Assembly (NCBI GenBank): GCA_963761335.1 | Contig: CAVXGR010000018.1 | Location: 832,001-896,000, forward strand | From: an uncultured delta proteobacterium | Lineage (GTDB): Bacteria; Desulfobacterota; Binatia; HRBIN30; BPIQ01 | Direction of reading: 5' to 3' | DNA length: 64,000 nt | Part shown: piece by piece, positions 52,548 through 62,651 of the stretch | Layout: the number at the start of each line of letters is the position of its first letter | Numbering within the stretch: position 1 is the stretch's first letter | Position numbers and translations under genes: made by a program | Notes under the pieces: generated by a model | The model's input: the letters and a program-made list of their open reading frames with translations, nothing else | Told to the model about the DNA's origin: nothing | The model's database searches: none

Positions 52548-53393
52548 TCAGTTCAGACGCGCCACCGCCTGGCGGAGCCCTGGCAGCTGGGCGCGAACGG
52601 CCTCCGCCTGCGCGTCGTCGGGGGCGAGCTGCAGGAGTCGTTCGAAATCGGCAAGAGCTGCGGCGAAGCACTCGAGTCGCTGGAAGAGGGCGCCGCGGTC
52701 GCGCAGCTCGTCCGGCGAGTCGGGGATCACCAGGAGGAGCAGCTCGCAGACCTGCAGGGCGTGCGGCCAGTCCTGGCGCTCCAGATGAGTCTGCTTCAGG
52801 TTGCGCAGCACGCGGGCGATGATCTCGCGGCTGGAGGCGGCGCGCAGGAGATCGGCGCTCAGCTTGGCCCGCGAGCCGTAGACGGTCTGCAGGCGCCGTT
52901 CGCAGTCGGCGTGCGAGAGGATGCAGCCCTGAAAGGCGTCGACGAGGACTTCCTCCGAAGGGTCAGCGTACTTCACCAGGAAATGTCCGGGAAAACAGAC
53001 CCCGTAGACCGGCAGGCCGAGCCGCTGGCCGACCTCGGTGTAGACCAGGGAGAGAGTGATCGGGATCCCGCAGCGCCGTTCGATCACGTCGTTCAGGTAG
53101 CTGTTGCGCGGATCGTAGTAGTCGTCGCGATTGCCGTGAAAGCCCTGCTCCGTAAAGAGAAAGTCGTTCAGCGCCTCGATTCGCTGCCGGCCGCCGGAAC
53201 GGCCTCCGAGGCGCGCCGCCGCAGCGCGGCTGAGATCGTCAAGCTGGGCAATGGCGGCGGCCACGTCGAGCATCGGATACTCGTGCTGCGCGATCAGCAG
53301 GGCTGCTTCGGCGACGTCGATCTGGCTCTCCGGCAGCTGCATCAGTGCCGCGAATTGTTGGTTGGCGCTGGTAGCGGTTGCGGTCGGATTCAT
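52548..53393 (-). CDS. SirB1-family transglutaminase-like/TPR protein
   Basis: 'GFHGNRDDYYDPRNSYL', 'GIPITLS', 'FPGHFLV', 'ELRDRG'. Confidence 0.9.
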   Translation of the reverse strand: MNPTATATSANQQFAALMQLPESQIDVAEAALLIAQHEYPMLDVAAAIAQLDDLSRAAAARLGGRSGGRQRIEALNDFLFTEQGFHGNRDDYYDPRNSYLNDVIERRCGIPITLSLVYTEVGQRLGLPVYGVCFPGHFLVKYADPSEEVLVDAFQGCILSHADCERRLQTVYGSRAKLSADLLRAASSREIIARVLRNLKQTHLERQDWPHALQVCELLLLVIPDSPDELRDRGALFQRLECFAAALADFERLLQLAPDDAQAEAVRAQLPGLRQAVARLN

Positions 53394-53517
53394 CAGAGTC
53401 GCCTCGTACCGTTCGAATATCGCGGAGCCCACTGGCCTTTGCAAGAGAAGCGGCGCACCTCCGGGAGCGCACCGCGGCGGGTGGACAAGCGCCGCGGCTG
53501 CGGACTAGAAGAATCGC

Positions 53518-54531
53518 ATGGGTCGCCCCAAGGGCGTGCTCTCGGCCCTGCTCGAGGTCTGTGCGAGGCCGGGAAATCTGTTCATCCTGCCACACGACAA
53601 CCCCGATCCGGACGCTCTCGCCAGCGCCGCCACCCTCAAGTACCTGCTGTCGCAAAAGCTCGGGCGGGAAGCGCGCATCGTGCTCGGCGGCATCGTCGGA
53701 CGCGCCGAGAACCGCGCCATGGTCAAGTATCTCAGCATCGAGCTGGTTCCGGTGAGCGAGGTGCAGTTCGACGGGCAGGCGCTGGTGCTCATGGTGGACA
53801 CCCAGCCGGGGCGACAGAACAACTCTCTGCCCGCGGATTTCGTGCCCGCCGCCGTGATCGATCACCACCCGGCCTATTCGGCGATGACCGACGTCCCCTT
53901 CCTGGATCTGCGCGACCAGTACGGGGCCACCTCGACGATGCTCACCGAGTATCTGGAGGAGTCGCACCTCGACGTGGAGGCCAAGATCGCCACGGCGTTG
54001 TTCTACGGCATCAACGCCGAGACCCAGGACCTCGGACGGGAGGCGACGCCGGCCGACGTGCGCGCCAGCCATTTCCTCTATCCCTTCGCCAACAAGCGCC
54101 GCCTGGCGAAGATCGAGAACGCCCGGGTGCCGCGCGAGTACTTCGGAGTTTTCCGCGAGGCCATCGACGAGGCGGTGGTCTACGACAAGGTGGTCATCTC
54201 CGCCCTGGGCGAGGTGCAGTACCCCGACATGGTCGCCGAGGTCGCCGACTTTCTCCTCCGCCTCGACGAGGTGGAATGGTCGGCGGCGATCGGTTGCTAC
54301 GGGCCCTATCTTCACGTTTCACTGCGCACCACCAACCGCGATGCCAATGCCGGCGAGGTGCTGCAACGGGTACTCGGCAGCCACTCCGCCGGCGGTCACG
54401 ACCAGATCGCGGGTGGGCGCATTCGCGTCGGCGAAGGGGCGGTGGCGCACGAGAAGGCCGGGGTGCGCATCAAGGAGCGCCTCCTCGGCATCCTCGGCGC
54501 GCGGAACTGCGCGGCGAGCAACCTGGTCTGA
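53518..54531 (+). CDS. DHH-family phosphoesterase (DHHA1 domain)
   Basis: 'HDNPDPDA', 'MVDT', 'IDHH', 'GATST', 'AGGH'. Confidence 0.92.
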   Translation: MGRPKGVLSALLEVCARPGNLFILPHDNPDPDALASAATLKYLLSQKLGREARIVLGGIVGRAENRAMVKYLSIELVPVSEVQFDGQALVLMVDTQPGRQNNSLPADFVPAAVIDHHPAYSAMTDVPFLDLRDQYGATSTMLTEYLEESHLDVEAKIATALFYGINAETQDLGREATPADVRASHFLYPFANKRRLAKIENARVPREYFGVFREAIDEAVVYDKVVISALGEVQYPDMVAEVADFLLRLDEVEWSAAIGCYGPYLHVSLRTTNRDANAGEVLQRVLGSHSAGGHDQIAGGRIRVGEGAVAHEKAGVRIKERLLGILGARNCAASNLV

Positions 54532-54533
54532 TC

Positions 54534-55649
<1,116 letters not shown>

Positions 55650-55659
55650 CCGCGCCGTT

Positions 55660-56742
55660 TCAGTCGAGCAGAGCTGCCGCGACGCTCTCCAGCGCCGCGC
55701 CCTCCGGCGTGTGGCGAATGCAGAGGCTCTGGGCGCGTTCGCTGTAGCGGTGCAGGGGATGCTCGACGACATATCCGGCACCGCCGTGCAGATGGTGCGC
55801 GCTGAAGGCCATTCGCTTGAAGCTCTGGCCGACGAAGGCGGCCGCGGCGGGAAGATCGATGGACTCGTCGCGGTCTTCGGCCACTCGCGTGATCGCCTGC
55901 CAGGCGAGATGGCGGGAGGCGGTGTAGACGGTGGCCATGTCGGCGACCTGGTGCTGGACCGCCTGAAAAACGGCGATCTTCTGGCCGAACTGCTCGCGCT
56001 CCTTCACGTAGGCGACGGTCCTCTCCAAGAGTGCCTCCATCCCGCCGATCATCTCCGCCAGCGCCAGAACGACCTGCTGGCGTTGCAGGCGCAGCAGAGC
56101 TGCCGCTCCCGCCGACGCGTCGGTGAGCCGGCGCGCCGGCGTGCCATCGAAATGGACGACCGCCTGTGCCTCACCGCTGCAGAAGCCGCGCAGGGGAGAG
56201 CGCCTGGCCTGGCTCCCGTCGGCAAGGGCCAGCGACAACCCCTCGCCATCGCGGGCCGCCACCAGCAGCAGGTCGGCGGTGTCTCCGTGGACGACGTACC
56301 ACTTCGCGCCGTGCAGGCGAGGCGGGTCTCCCTCGATGGCGGCGCGCAGAGCGCCGGCTTGCGAGGCACGCTCCTCGTCGATCGCCAGGGCGAGCCGGCG
56401 GCTGCCGCCGGCCAGCGCCGCGAGCTCCGCGGCTTCCGGGTCGACCTGCGCCAGCGCCCAGGTGCCACGGATGGCGGAGATCACCGCAGTGGGAACGAGC
56501 CCGCGGCTGCACTCGGCCAGCAGGCAGGCGACCTCGACGAGACCGCGACCGCTGCCGCCGGCGGTCGCCGGCACGCCGAGACCGAACCAGCCGAGACGGG
56601 ATACTTCGCTCCAGAAGGCGCCGTCGACCCCGTTCGGCTGCCGGTCCCACTCGCCGAGTCGTTCCGGGGTCACCCGCTCGCTGCAGAAGCGGCGCACCGC
56701 GGCGATCAGCTCCTCTTGCTCGGCGGAGTACGCGAGATTCAT
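55660..56742 (-). CDS. Acyl-CoA dehydrogenase, beta-type subunit of a heteromeric ACAD
   Basis: 'REQFGQKIAVFQAVQH', 'HLHGGAGY..EH'. ATGA-coupled to the upstream ACAD. Confidence 0.85.
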   Translation of the reverse strand: MNLAYSAEQEELIAAVRRFCSERVTPERLGEWDRQPNGVDGAFWSEVSRLGWFGLGVPATAGGSGRGLVEVACLLAECSRGLVPTAVISAIRGTWALAQVDPEAAELAALAGGSRRLALAIDEERASQAGALRAAIEGDPPRLHGAKWYVVHGDTADLLLVAARDGEGLSLALADGSQARRSPLRGFCSGEAQAVVHFDGTPARRLTDASAGAAALLRLQRQQVVLALAEMIGGMEALLERTVAYVKEREQFGQKIAVFQAVQHQVADMATVYTASRHLAWQAITRVAEDRDESIDLPAAAAFVGQSFKRMAFSAHHLHGGAGYVVEHPLHRYSERAQSLCIRHTPEGAALESVAAALLD

Positions 56743-57911
56743 TTGCGGGGTAGCCCGTAGCCGAGCATGGCGATGATGTTCCGCTGCACCTCGTTGGTGC
56801 CGCCGCCAAAGGCGAGCATGGGTGCGATGCGATAGAGCCACTGCAGGCGGCCGTGCAGAGCGGCGAGAGGCTCGTTCGGATGGAGCTGGCCGTTCAGCCC
56901 GAGGATCTCCGTGCCGGCGTCGGAGACGCGCTGCGCCAGCTCGCTCACCCATACCTTCGCCATCGAGGACTCAGAGGCCGGCACCCGTCCCTGATCGATC
57001 GCCCAGGCGGTCTGCAGGCCGATCATGCGCGCTGCTTCGATGTCGACGGCAAGGCGCGCCAGGCGCTCCCGCACCCAGGGCTGCCGGCGCAGCGGCCGGT
57101 CGTCGATCTCCAGGGTCCGGACCCGCTCGACGAGCTGGCGGAAGTAGCGCCGCACCATGGCCACCGAGCCGATGCTCAGCCGCTCGAAGTTCAAGGCCAT
57201 GGCGGCGTAGTAGAACCCCATGCCGCGCTCGCCGATGAGGTAGTCCCGCGGCACCCGCACGTCGTCGAGGAACAGGGCGTTGGTGCGCAGGCCCGGCCAG
57301 ACGTAGATCGGCTGGATGCTGACCCCGGGCGCGTCCATCGGCACGATGAACATGGATATGCCCTTGTGCTTGGGAGCCTCCGGCTCGGTGCGGACGGCGA
57401 TCCAGTTGTGGGTCGCCGTGTGCGCCATGGTGTTCCACATCTTCTGGCCGCCGATCACCCACTCGTCCCCGTCGAGCACGGCGCGGGTGCGCAGCGCCGC
57501 GAGATCGGTGCCGGCATCGGGCTCCGAGTAGCCGAGGGCAAACTCCACCTCGGCGGCCTTGATGCGCGGCAGCCAGTGCCGCTTCTGCTCCTCGGAGCCG
57601 ATCCGCATGATCGTCGGCGCCACCGAGGTTACGGTCAGGGGCAGCATCGGGGCGCCGGCGCCCTCCAGCTCGTCGACGAAGATCCACTGATCGATCGCCG
57701 AGCGCTCCATGCCCCCATAGGCTCGCGGCCAGGCGAGACCCCACCAGCCGCGATCGCGCAGGGCCAGGACGAACTGGCGCGCGTAGGTGCCGGTCCCTTC
57801 GTTGCCGAACTCGCGCAGCTCCTCGATCAGTCGAGGATCCAATTGCTCGGCCAGGAAGGCGCGGACCTCATTGCGCCAGGCCTCTTGCTCCGGGGTGAAC
57901 TCGTAGCGCAC
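56739..57911 (-). CDS. Acyl-CoA dehydrogenase, alpha-type subunit
   Basis: 'LGYSEPDAGTDLA', 'GQKMW', 'LNFER', 'FGGGTNEVQRNII'. GTG start. Confidence 0.92.
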   Translation of the reverse strand: MRYEFTPEQEAWRNEVRAFLAEQLDPRLIEELREFGNEGTGTYARQFVLALRDRGWWGLAWPRAYGGMERSAIDQWIFVDELEGAGAPMLPLTVTSVAPTIMRIGSEEQKRHWLPRIKAAEVEFALGYSEPDAGTDLAALRTRAVLDGDEWVIGGQKMWNTMAHTATHNWIAVRTEPEAPKHKGISMFIVPMDAPGVSIQPIYVWPGLRTNALFLDDVRVPRDYLIGERGMGFYYAAMALNFERLSIGSVAMVRRYFRQLVERVRTLEIDDRPLRRQPWVRERLARLAVDIEAARMIGLQTAWAIDQGRVPASESSMAKVWVSELAQRVSDAGTEILGLNGQLHPNEPLAALHGRLQWLYRIAPMLAFGGGTNEVQRNIIAMLGYGLPRK

Positions 57912-58047
57912 CGCTCTCTCCGTCGCCGCACACACAAGGCGAAAATGCGCTCGGATGCAAGCTCCTGGCGGAAGCCGCGCCTTGCGTTGCGCCCCCGGCA
58001 ACCGTGTGGTAGCCGACCTGCAATCCCACCGGCTTGCGGAGGACACG

Positions 58048-59211
58048 ATGGATTTCGGTTTTAGCGAAGAGCAGGAGATGCTGCGGCAGAGCGCCCGCGG
58101 GTTCCTCGAGCAGGAATGCCCGATCACCTACGTCCGGCAGATGATGGACGACGATACCGGCTACTCCGAGGATCGGTGGCGGAAGATGACCGAGCTGGGG
58201 TGGCAGGGCCTGATCTTCCCCGAGGAGTACGGCGGCTCGGGCCTGAGCATGGTCGACCTGGTGGTAATCCTCGAAGAGATGGGCCGCCTGGTGACCCCTG
58301 GCCCGTTCTTCTCCAGCGTGGTGCTCGGCGGACTGGGAATTCTGCTCGGCGGCTCGAAGGCCCAGAAGGAGAAGCTTCTGCCCGACATCGCCGCGGGAAA
58401 GACCAAGGCGACGCTGGCGCAGGTGGAGGAGAGCGGCCGCTGGGACGCGGGCGGCATTGCCCTGCCGGCAACCAAGACGCCGGAGGGCTTCTCACTCTCG
58501 GGAGTGAAGCTCTTCGTCCCCGACGCGCACGTGTCGGACTTGCTCCTGGTTCCGGCGCGGACCTCGGGAAAGGGGGAGAGGGGGGTGACCATGTTTCTGG
58601 TCCCCACCAACGCCGCGGGCGTGAGCATCACGCTTCTGAAGACCATGGACCAGACGCGCAAGCTCTGCGAGATCCGCTTCGACGATGTCAAGGTGCGTAA
58701 GGACGAGGTGCTCGGCGGAGTGGGCAAGGGATGGTCGTTGCTCGATCGCCTGGTGGAACGCGTCAAGGTGGCACTGTGCGCCGAGATGTGCGGCGGGGCG
58801 CAGAAGGTGCTCGAGATGAGCGTCGATTACGCCAAGGTGCGCGAGCAGTTCGGCCGTCCGATCGGCAGCTTCCAGGCAATTCAGCACAAGTGCGCCAACA
58901 TGATGGTGCAGGTCGAGAGCGCCAAGTCGGCGACCTACTACGCCGCCTGGGCCGTGGCCAACGACGTGCCCGAGGCGCATCTGGCGGCGTGCATGGCCAA
59001 GGCGTACTGCTCGGACGCCTATCGCTACGTGAGTGGGGAGGGCATTCAGATCCACGGCGGGATCGGTTTCACCTGGGAGCACGACATGCATCTGTACTTC
59101 AAGCGGGCGAAGGGGTCCGAGGTCACCTGCGGCGACGCCACCTGGAACCGCGAGCTGGTGGCCCAGATCGTCCTCGACCAGCCGGAGGAGAAAGCCGTCG
59201 CCAATGGATGA
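58048..59211 (+). CDS. Acyl-CoA dehydrogenase, beta-type subunit
   Basis: SD GGAGGA. 'MDFGFSEEQEML', 'REQFGRPIGSFQAIQH', 'IHGGIGFTWEHDMHLYFKRA'. Confidence 0.92.
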   Translation: MDFGFSEEQEMLRQSARGFLEQECPITYVRQMMDDDTGYSEDRWRKMTELGWQGLIFPEEYGGSGLSMVDLVVILEEMGRLVTPGPFFSSVVLGGLGILLGGSKAQKEKLLPDIAAGKTKATLAQVEESGRWDAGGIALPATKTPEGFSLSGVKLFVPDAHVSDLLLVPARTSGKGERGVTMFLVPTNAAGVSITLLKTMDQTRKLCEIRFDDVKVRKDEVLGGVGKGWSLLDRLVERVKVALCAEMCGGAQKVLEMSVDYAKVREQFGRPIGSFQAIQHKCANMMVQVESAKSATYYAAWAVANDVPEAHLAACMAKAYCSDAYRYVSGEGIQIHGGIGFTWEHDMHLYFKRAKGSEVTCGDATWNRELVAQIVLDQPEEKAVANG

Positions 59212-59653
59212 CGCCGCGGTCGGCCGCAAGGGGGCGCCGGTCGCCATGCGAGTCGAGCACGGCAAGATCCGCGAGTTCGCGCGCGCCATCAAGGATCCCA
59301 ACCCCGTCTACCTCGACGCGGAAGCGGCGCGCTCGATCGGGGGCATCGTCGCACCGCCGACCTTTTTGATGACGGCGGCGCACTGGGATGATGGACGCGG
59401 CCGGCCGGATCTGGGAATGGATCTGAAACGCGTGCTCCACGGCGAGCAGGAGTTCGAGTATCGGCGTCCGCTTCGCGCCGGGGACATGCTGACGGCGCAG
59501 ACGACGGTCGAGCGCGTCTACGAGAAGAAGGGCAAGCGGGGCGGCACGATGACTTTTGCGGTGACGGCGACGGAGTTTCGCGATGCCGCCGGCGAGGTGG
59601 TCGCCATCAGCCGCTCGACGGTGATCGAGACCGGCCGGGTGGTCGAGAGCTAG
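59204..59653 (+). CDS. MaoC-like dehydratase N-terminal-type (hotdog fold) subunit
   Basis: 'VEHGKIREFARAI', 'APPTF', 'VLHGEQEFEY.RPL.AGD'. Confidence 0.88.
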   Translation: MDDAAVGRKGAPVAMRVEHGKIREFARAIKDPNPVYLDAEAARSIGGIVAPPTFLMTAAHWDDGRGRPDLGMDLKRVLHGEQEFEYRRPLRAGDMLTAQTTVERVYEKKGKRGGTMTFAVTATEFRDAAGEVVAISRSTVIETGRVVES

Positions 59654-59664
59654 GTGCGCGGCGG

Positions 59665-60102
59665 ATGGCTCGGCAGTCGCAGCCGCTGTGCTTCGAGGAT
59701 GTGCGCGAAGGAGACGAGCTGCCGTCGGTCACTGTCGAGAAGCTGACCCGCACCGATCTGGTGCGTTACGCCGGAGCCTCTGGGGATTTCAATCCGATTC
59801 ACCATGATCAGACGTTCGCGGAGGCTGCGGGCCTGCCGACGGTATTCGGCCACGGCATGCTGACGGCGGCATTCGTCGGCCGCTGCGTCACCGACTACGT
59901 CGGTGCGCAGAACCTGCGCCGATTTCGCGTCCGCTTTGCCACACGTGTCTGGCCCGGCGACAGCATCCGCTGTCGCGGGCGGGTGACCCAGCGGTACGAG
60001 AGCGAGCGGCGGGGCTACATCGAAGGTGACGTGGAGGCGATCAACCAGAAGGGCGAGGTCGCCATCCAAGGCAGCTTCACTGCGGAGCTGCCGCGGCGCT
60101 AG
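59665..60102 (+). CDS. MaoC dehydratase, catalytic subunit
   Basis: Hydratase-2 motif 'YAGASGDFNPIHHD...GHGML'. Confidence 0.92.
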   Translation: MARQSQPLCFEDVREGDELPSVTVEKLTRTDLVRYAGASGDFNPIHHDQTFAEAAGLPTVFGHGMLTAAFVGRCVTDYVGAQNLRRFRVRFATRVWPGDSIRCRGRVTQRYESERRGYIEGDVEAINQKGEVAIQGSFTAELPRR

Positions 60103-60292
60103 TCGCGTCGCAGACCGCGGCGCGACGCCGCGACCATACTCGGCGTGCTCCACACGCCATCGCCGGCACCGCATCGAATGGTAAGCCTTTTCTGTCTCGC
60201 CAAAACGAGATAAAAAGGACCACGACTGGGCCAGTGCGACACAAGGCGCCGTGGTGCGCCAGACACGCTGACGTTGAAGGAGGATACCACTG

Positions 60293-60565
60293 ATGCGAGC
60301 CGATATCCGCTTGGGAGACCTGCGAGGTCGTGAGCACGCCGCGAGCAAGCTGATGAACGTGAAGATCCCCGCCGAGGTGAGTGACCGGATTCAGCGGGTG
60401 GCGAATTCACTGAAGGCGTCCAAGACGGAAGTAGTCATTGCGCTGCTCAACGAAGGGCTCGACGTATCCGCGGGTGTGCTGAAGGGAATGAGGCCGGCGG
60501 CGAGCAAGGCCGAGCCGAGCAAGCCGAAGAAAGCGCGTCGCGGCAGACCCCGGAAGAACCCCTGA
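60293..60565 (+). CDS. Small ribbon-helix-helix-like protein with C-terminal AT-hook
   Basis: SD AAGGAGGA. 'KLMNVKIPAEVSDRIQRVANSLKASKTEVVIALLNEGL' (strand-helix-helix), tail 'RRGRPRK'. Confidence 0.75.
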   Translation: MRADIRLGDLRGREHAASKLMNVKIPAEVSDRIQRVANSLKASKTEVVIALLNEGLDVSAGVLKGMRPAASKAEPSKPKKARRGRPRKNP

Positions 60566-60608
60566 GGTCGCGCGTGGTCCGCGGAAGAAAGCGCCGCGGC
60601 TCCCGCCT

Positions 60609-61667
60609 TCAGCAGTAGTGGCTTCGCCGCTTCACCGCGAGGCGGCGCTCGAGGACGAAGACCTCGACCTTCTCGTCACCGGCGTCCTTGCGGACAAACT
60701 TGTGGCCGCGCAGAACGGTTGCCAGAAGCCCGAGATCCTCGCGACCCCGGTAGTCGGCCTTCTCGGTGATCTCCGAGGTGGCGAATACGGTGTCTCCGGC
60801 GAAGATGGGCGCCGTGTGGCGCCCCGATGGATAGATGACATCGCCCAGTGAGTTGTCGGCGATGTCCGGGCAGGAGAGCCCGAGACACAGATTGAACGGA
60901 ATTCCGCCGTAGACGATCAGCTGCCCGCCGATGTACTTGTCCGGGTTCTGGTCGATCATGTGCTGATTGCAGTGTACCTGCGAAGTGTTGTCGAGCATGG
61001 CGGTGAGAGCGATGTGCTCGGAGGTGACGACGCGTCCGCGCGAATGCTCGATGGTGTCTCCGGGCGTGAAGTCCTCGAAGTAGGTGTCGGTGTTGGTGAG
61101 GGGGGCCAGCTCAGCGTAGTGCCGTCCAGCGTCGTACGGCGGCAGCTGCAGGCTGCAGGGTACCTCGGGGGCGTCGATCTTGGCGTCGTCCACCGGAGCC
61201 TCGAGATCCTTTTTCCACACCTGGACCTTGCGCTCGTAGGTGAGCACCACGGCGCCGCCCTGGTTGCGGCCGGTGGTCTGCACGTGCACCACGCCGCGGT
61301 CGCGGTCGCGACTGGAGGGCTTGACCCCGAGCACCCGGGAGGTCACCTCGAGAGTGTCACCGATATAGACGGGTGCGCCAAAGCGCATGTTGATGTATTC
61401 GAGATTGGCGCGGGCGTTTTCCGAGATGTCCTCCACGGTCTGGCTGAAGACGATGTTCATGACCAGCCCGGGAGGGAGTATCATCGAGCGGAATCCGTAG
61501 CATTCGGCGTAGCGTCGATTCTTGTGGAGCGGGTTGGTGGTCATGTCGTATCCGGTGAAGGCGTTGAACAGGCCCTCGGTGACCGTCTTGCCGACCTTGT
61601 GGTGGAAGACATGACCGACGCGAAAATCTTCGAGGAAGTTGCCTTTGGGCTTGCGGATGATTGCCAT
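60609..61667 (-). CDS. Double hotdog MaoC-family hydratase, mesaconyl-CoA hydratase (Mch)-like
   Basis: Two MaoC halves: 'GNFLEDFRVG...DISENARANL...PVYIGDTL' and 'YFEDFTPGDTIEH...APIFAGDTV'. Confidence 0.82.
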   Translation of the reverse strand: MAIIRKPKGNFLEDFRVGHVFHHKVGKTVTEGLFNAFTGYDMTTNPLHKNRRYAECYGFRSMILPPGLVMNIVFSQTVEDISENARANLEYINMRFGAPVYIGDTLEVTSRVLGVKPSSRDRDRGVVHVQTTGRNQGGAVVLTYERKVQVWKKDLEAPVDDAKIDAPEVPCSLQLPPYDAGRHYAELAPLTNTDTYFEDFTPGDTIEHSRGRVVTSEHIALTAMLDNTSQVHCNQHMIDQNPDKYIGGQLIVYGGIPFNLCLGLSCPDIADNSLGDVIYPSGRHTAPIFAGDTVFATSEITEKADYRGREDLGLLATVLRGHKFVRKDAGDEKVEVFVLERRLAVKRRSHYC

Positions 61668-61771
61668 GAAAACGCCTCCGGGGGGAATGACCGGCGGATC
61701 ATTGCGAATGAGCTTCGCCGTGTCAACGCGCACCGGCGCAGCGTTGGCGTATCGCGGGCTGCGGCGCGGCG

Positions 61772-62539
61772 ATGATGCGTGACTGGAGCGATTGCGGCGA
61801 CGGCGATCTGCGCCTGATGACCGAGGGAATCATCGCGGTGACCCGCGAGCTGTCGCGCCAGGTGCCGCCGCCGCGCGGCGCTCCCTTCTTCGCCCTCGAG
61901 TCCCTCGACGGCGACTGGTCCCCCCTCGAGCGCTTTTGCGCCCGCGGCATCTTCCGCAAGTACGAGTCCGTACTCGACCTCGATTGCGGCCTGGGCGGCG
62001 GCGGGCGCTGGTGGAACGCCTACTTCGGCTGCCGCCTGGTCGGGGTGGCGCCGACGGCCGCGGTGGCGAGTGCCGCGGCGCGCCTCTCGGATCGCTCGCG
62101 GGCAGTGGAGACGCATTTCCTCGCCGGCTCGCTGAAGTCGTTGCCTTGTCGCTCGCGCCGCTTCACCCACGTGTGGTGGGCCGAGGGCCTGGAGGATCCC
62201 TCGACGGCAGCGGATGGAATCGGCGAGGCCTATCGCGTGCTCCGCCCCGGAGGGCACCTCGGCGTGCAGCAGACCGGCGCCTTGGCCTCGTGGAGCACCG
62301 AGATCGCCGCGCAGGCGCGCGCCGCTGGATTCACCGACATCGAGAGCCATGAGACGCGGCGCTCGCGACTTCCGGAGAGCTGCCTGCTGGCGCGGGGGCA
62401 GTTGCTGCGCTGGCTGCGCCACGCCGGCGAGCGTGGCGCCGAGTGGGCGGCGCATCTGGACGAGATCCATCGGCTCCACGATCGCAGGCCGCCGCAGATC
62501 GCGCAGGTGTTCGCCCGCCGCCCTCCCGCCGGCGTCTGA
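61772..62539 (+). CDS. Class I SAM-dependent methyltransferase-like protein
   Basis: 'VLDLDCGLGG', 'SLPC..RRFTHVW', 'EAYRVLRPGG', 'AAGFTDI'. Confidence 0.75.
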   Translation: MMRDWSDCGDGDLRLMTEGIIAVTRELSRQVPPPRGAPFFALESLDGDWSPLERFCARGIFRKYESVLDLDCGLGGGGRWWNAYFGCRLVGVAPTAAVASAAARLSDRSRAVETHFLAGSLKSLPCRSRRFTHVWWAEGLEDPSTAADGIGEAYRVLRPGGHLGVQQTGALASWSTEIAAQARAAGFTDIESHETRRSRLPESCLLARGQLLRWLRHAGERGAEWAAHLDEIHRLHDRRPPQIAQVFARRPPAGV

Positions 62540-62651
62540 GACGGAGCAGGAGCGCGGTCCCGACGCTTCTGGAAGCGGCGAGACGCCGCTTCTCATCGAT
62601 CCGGGTATGTTCCTCGACCCGGGGCGATCGGTGTGAGAGAAGGTCCGCTTC

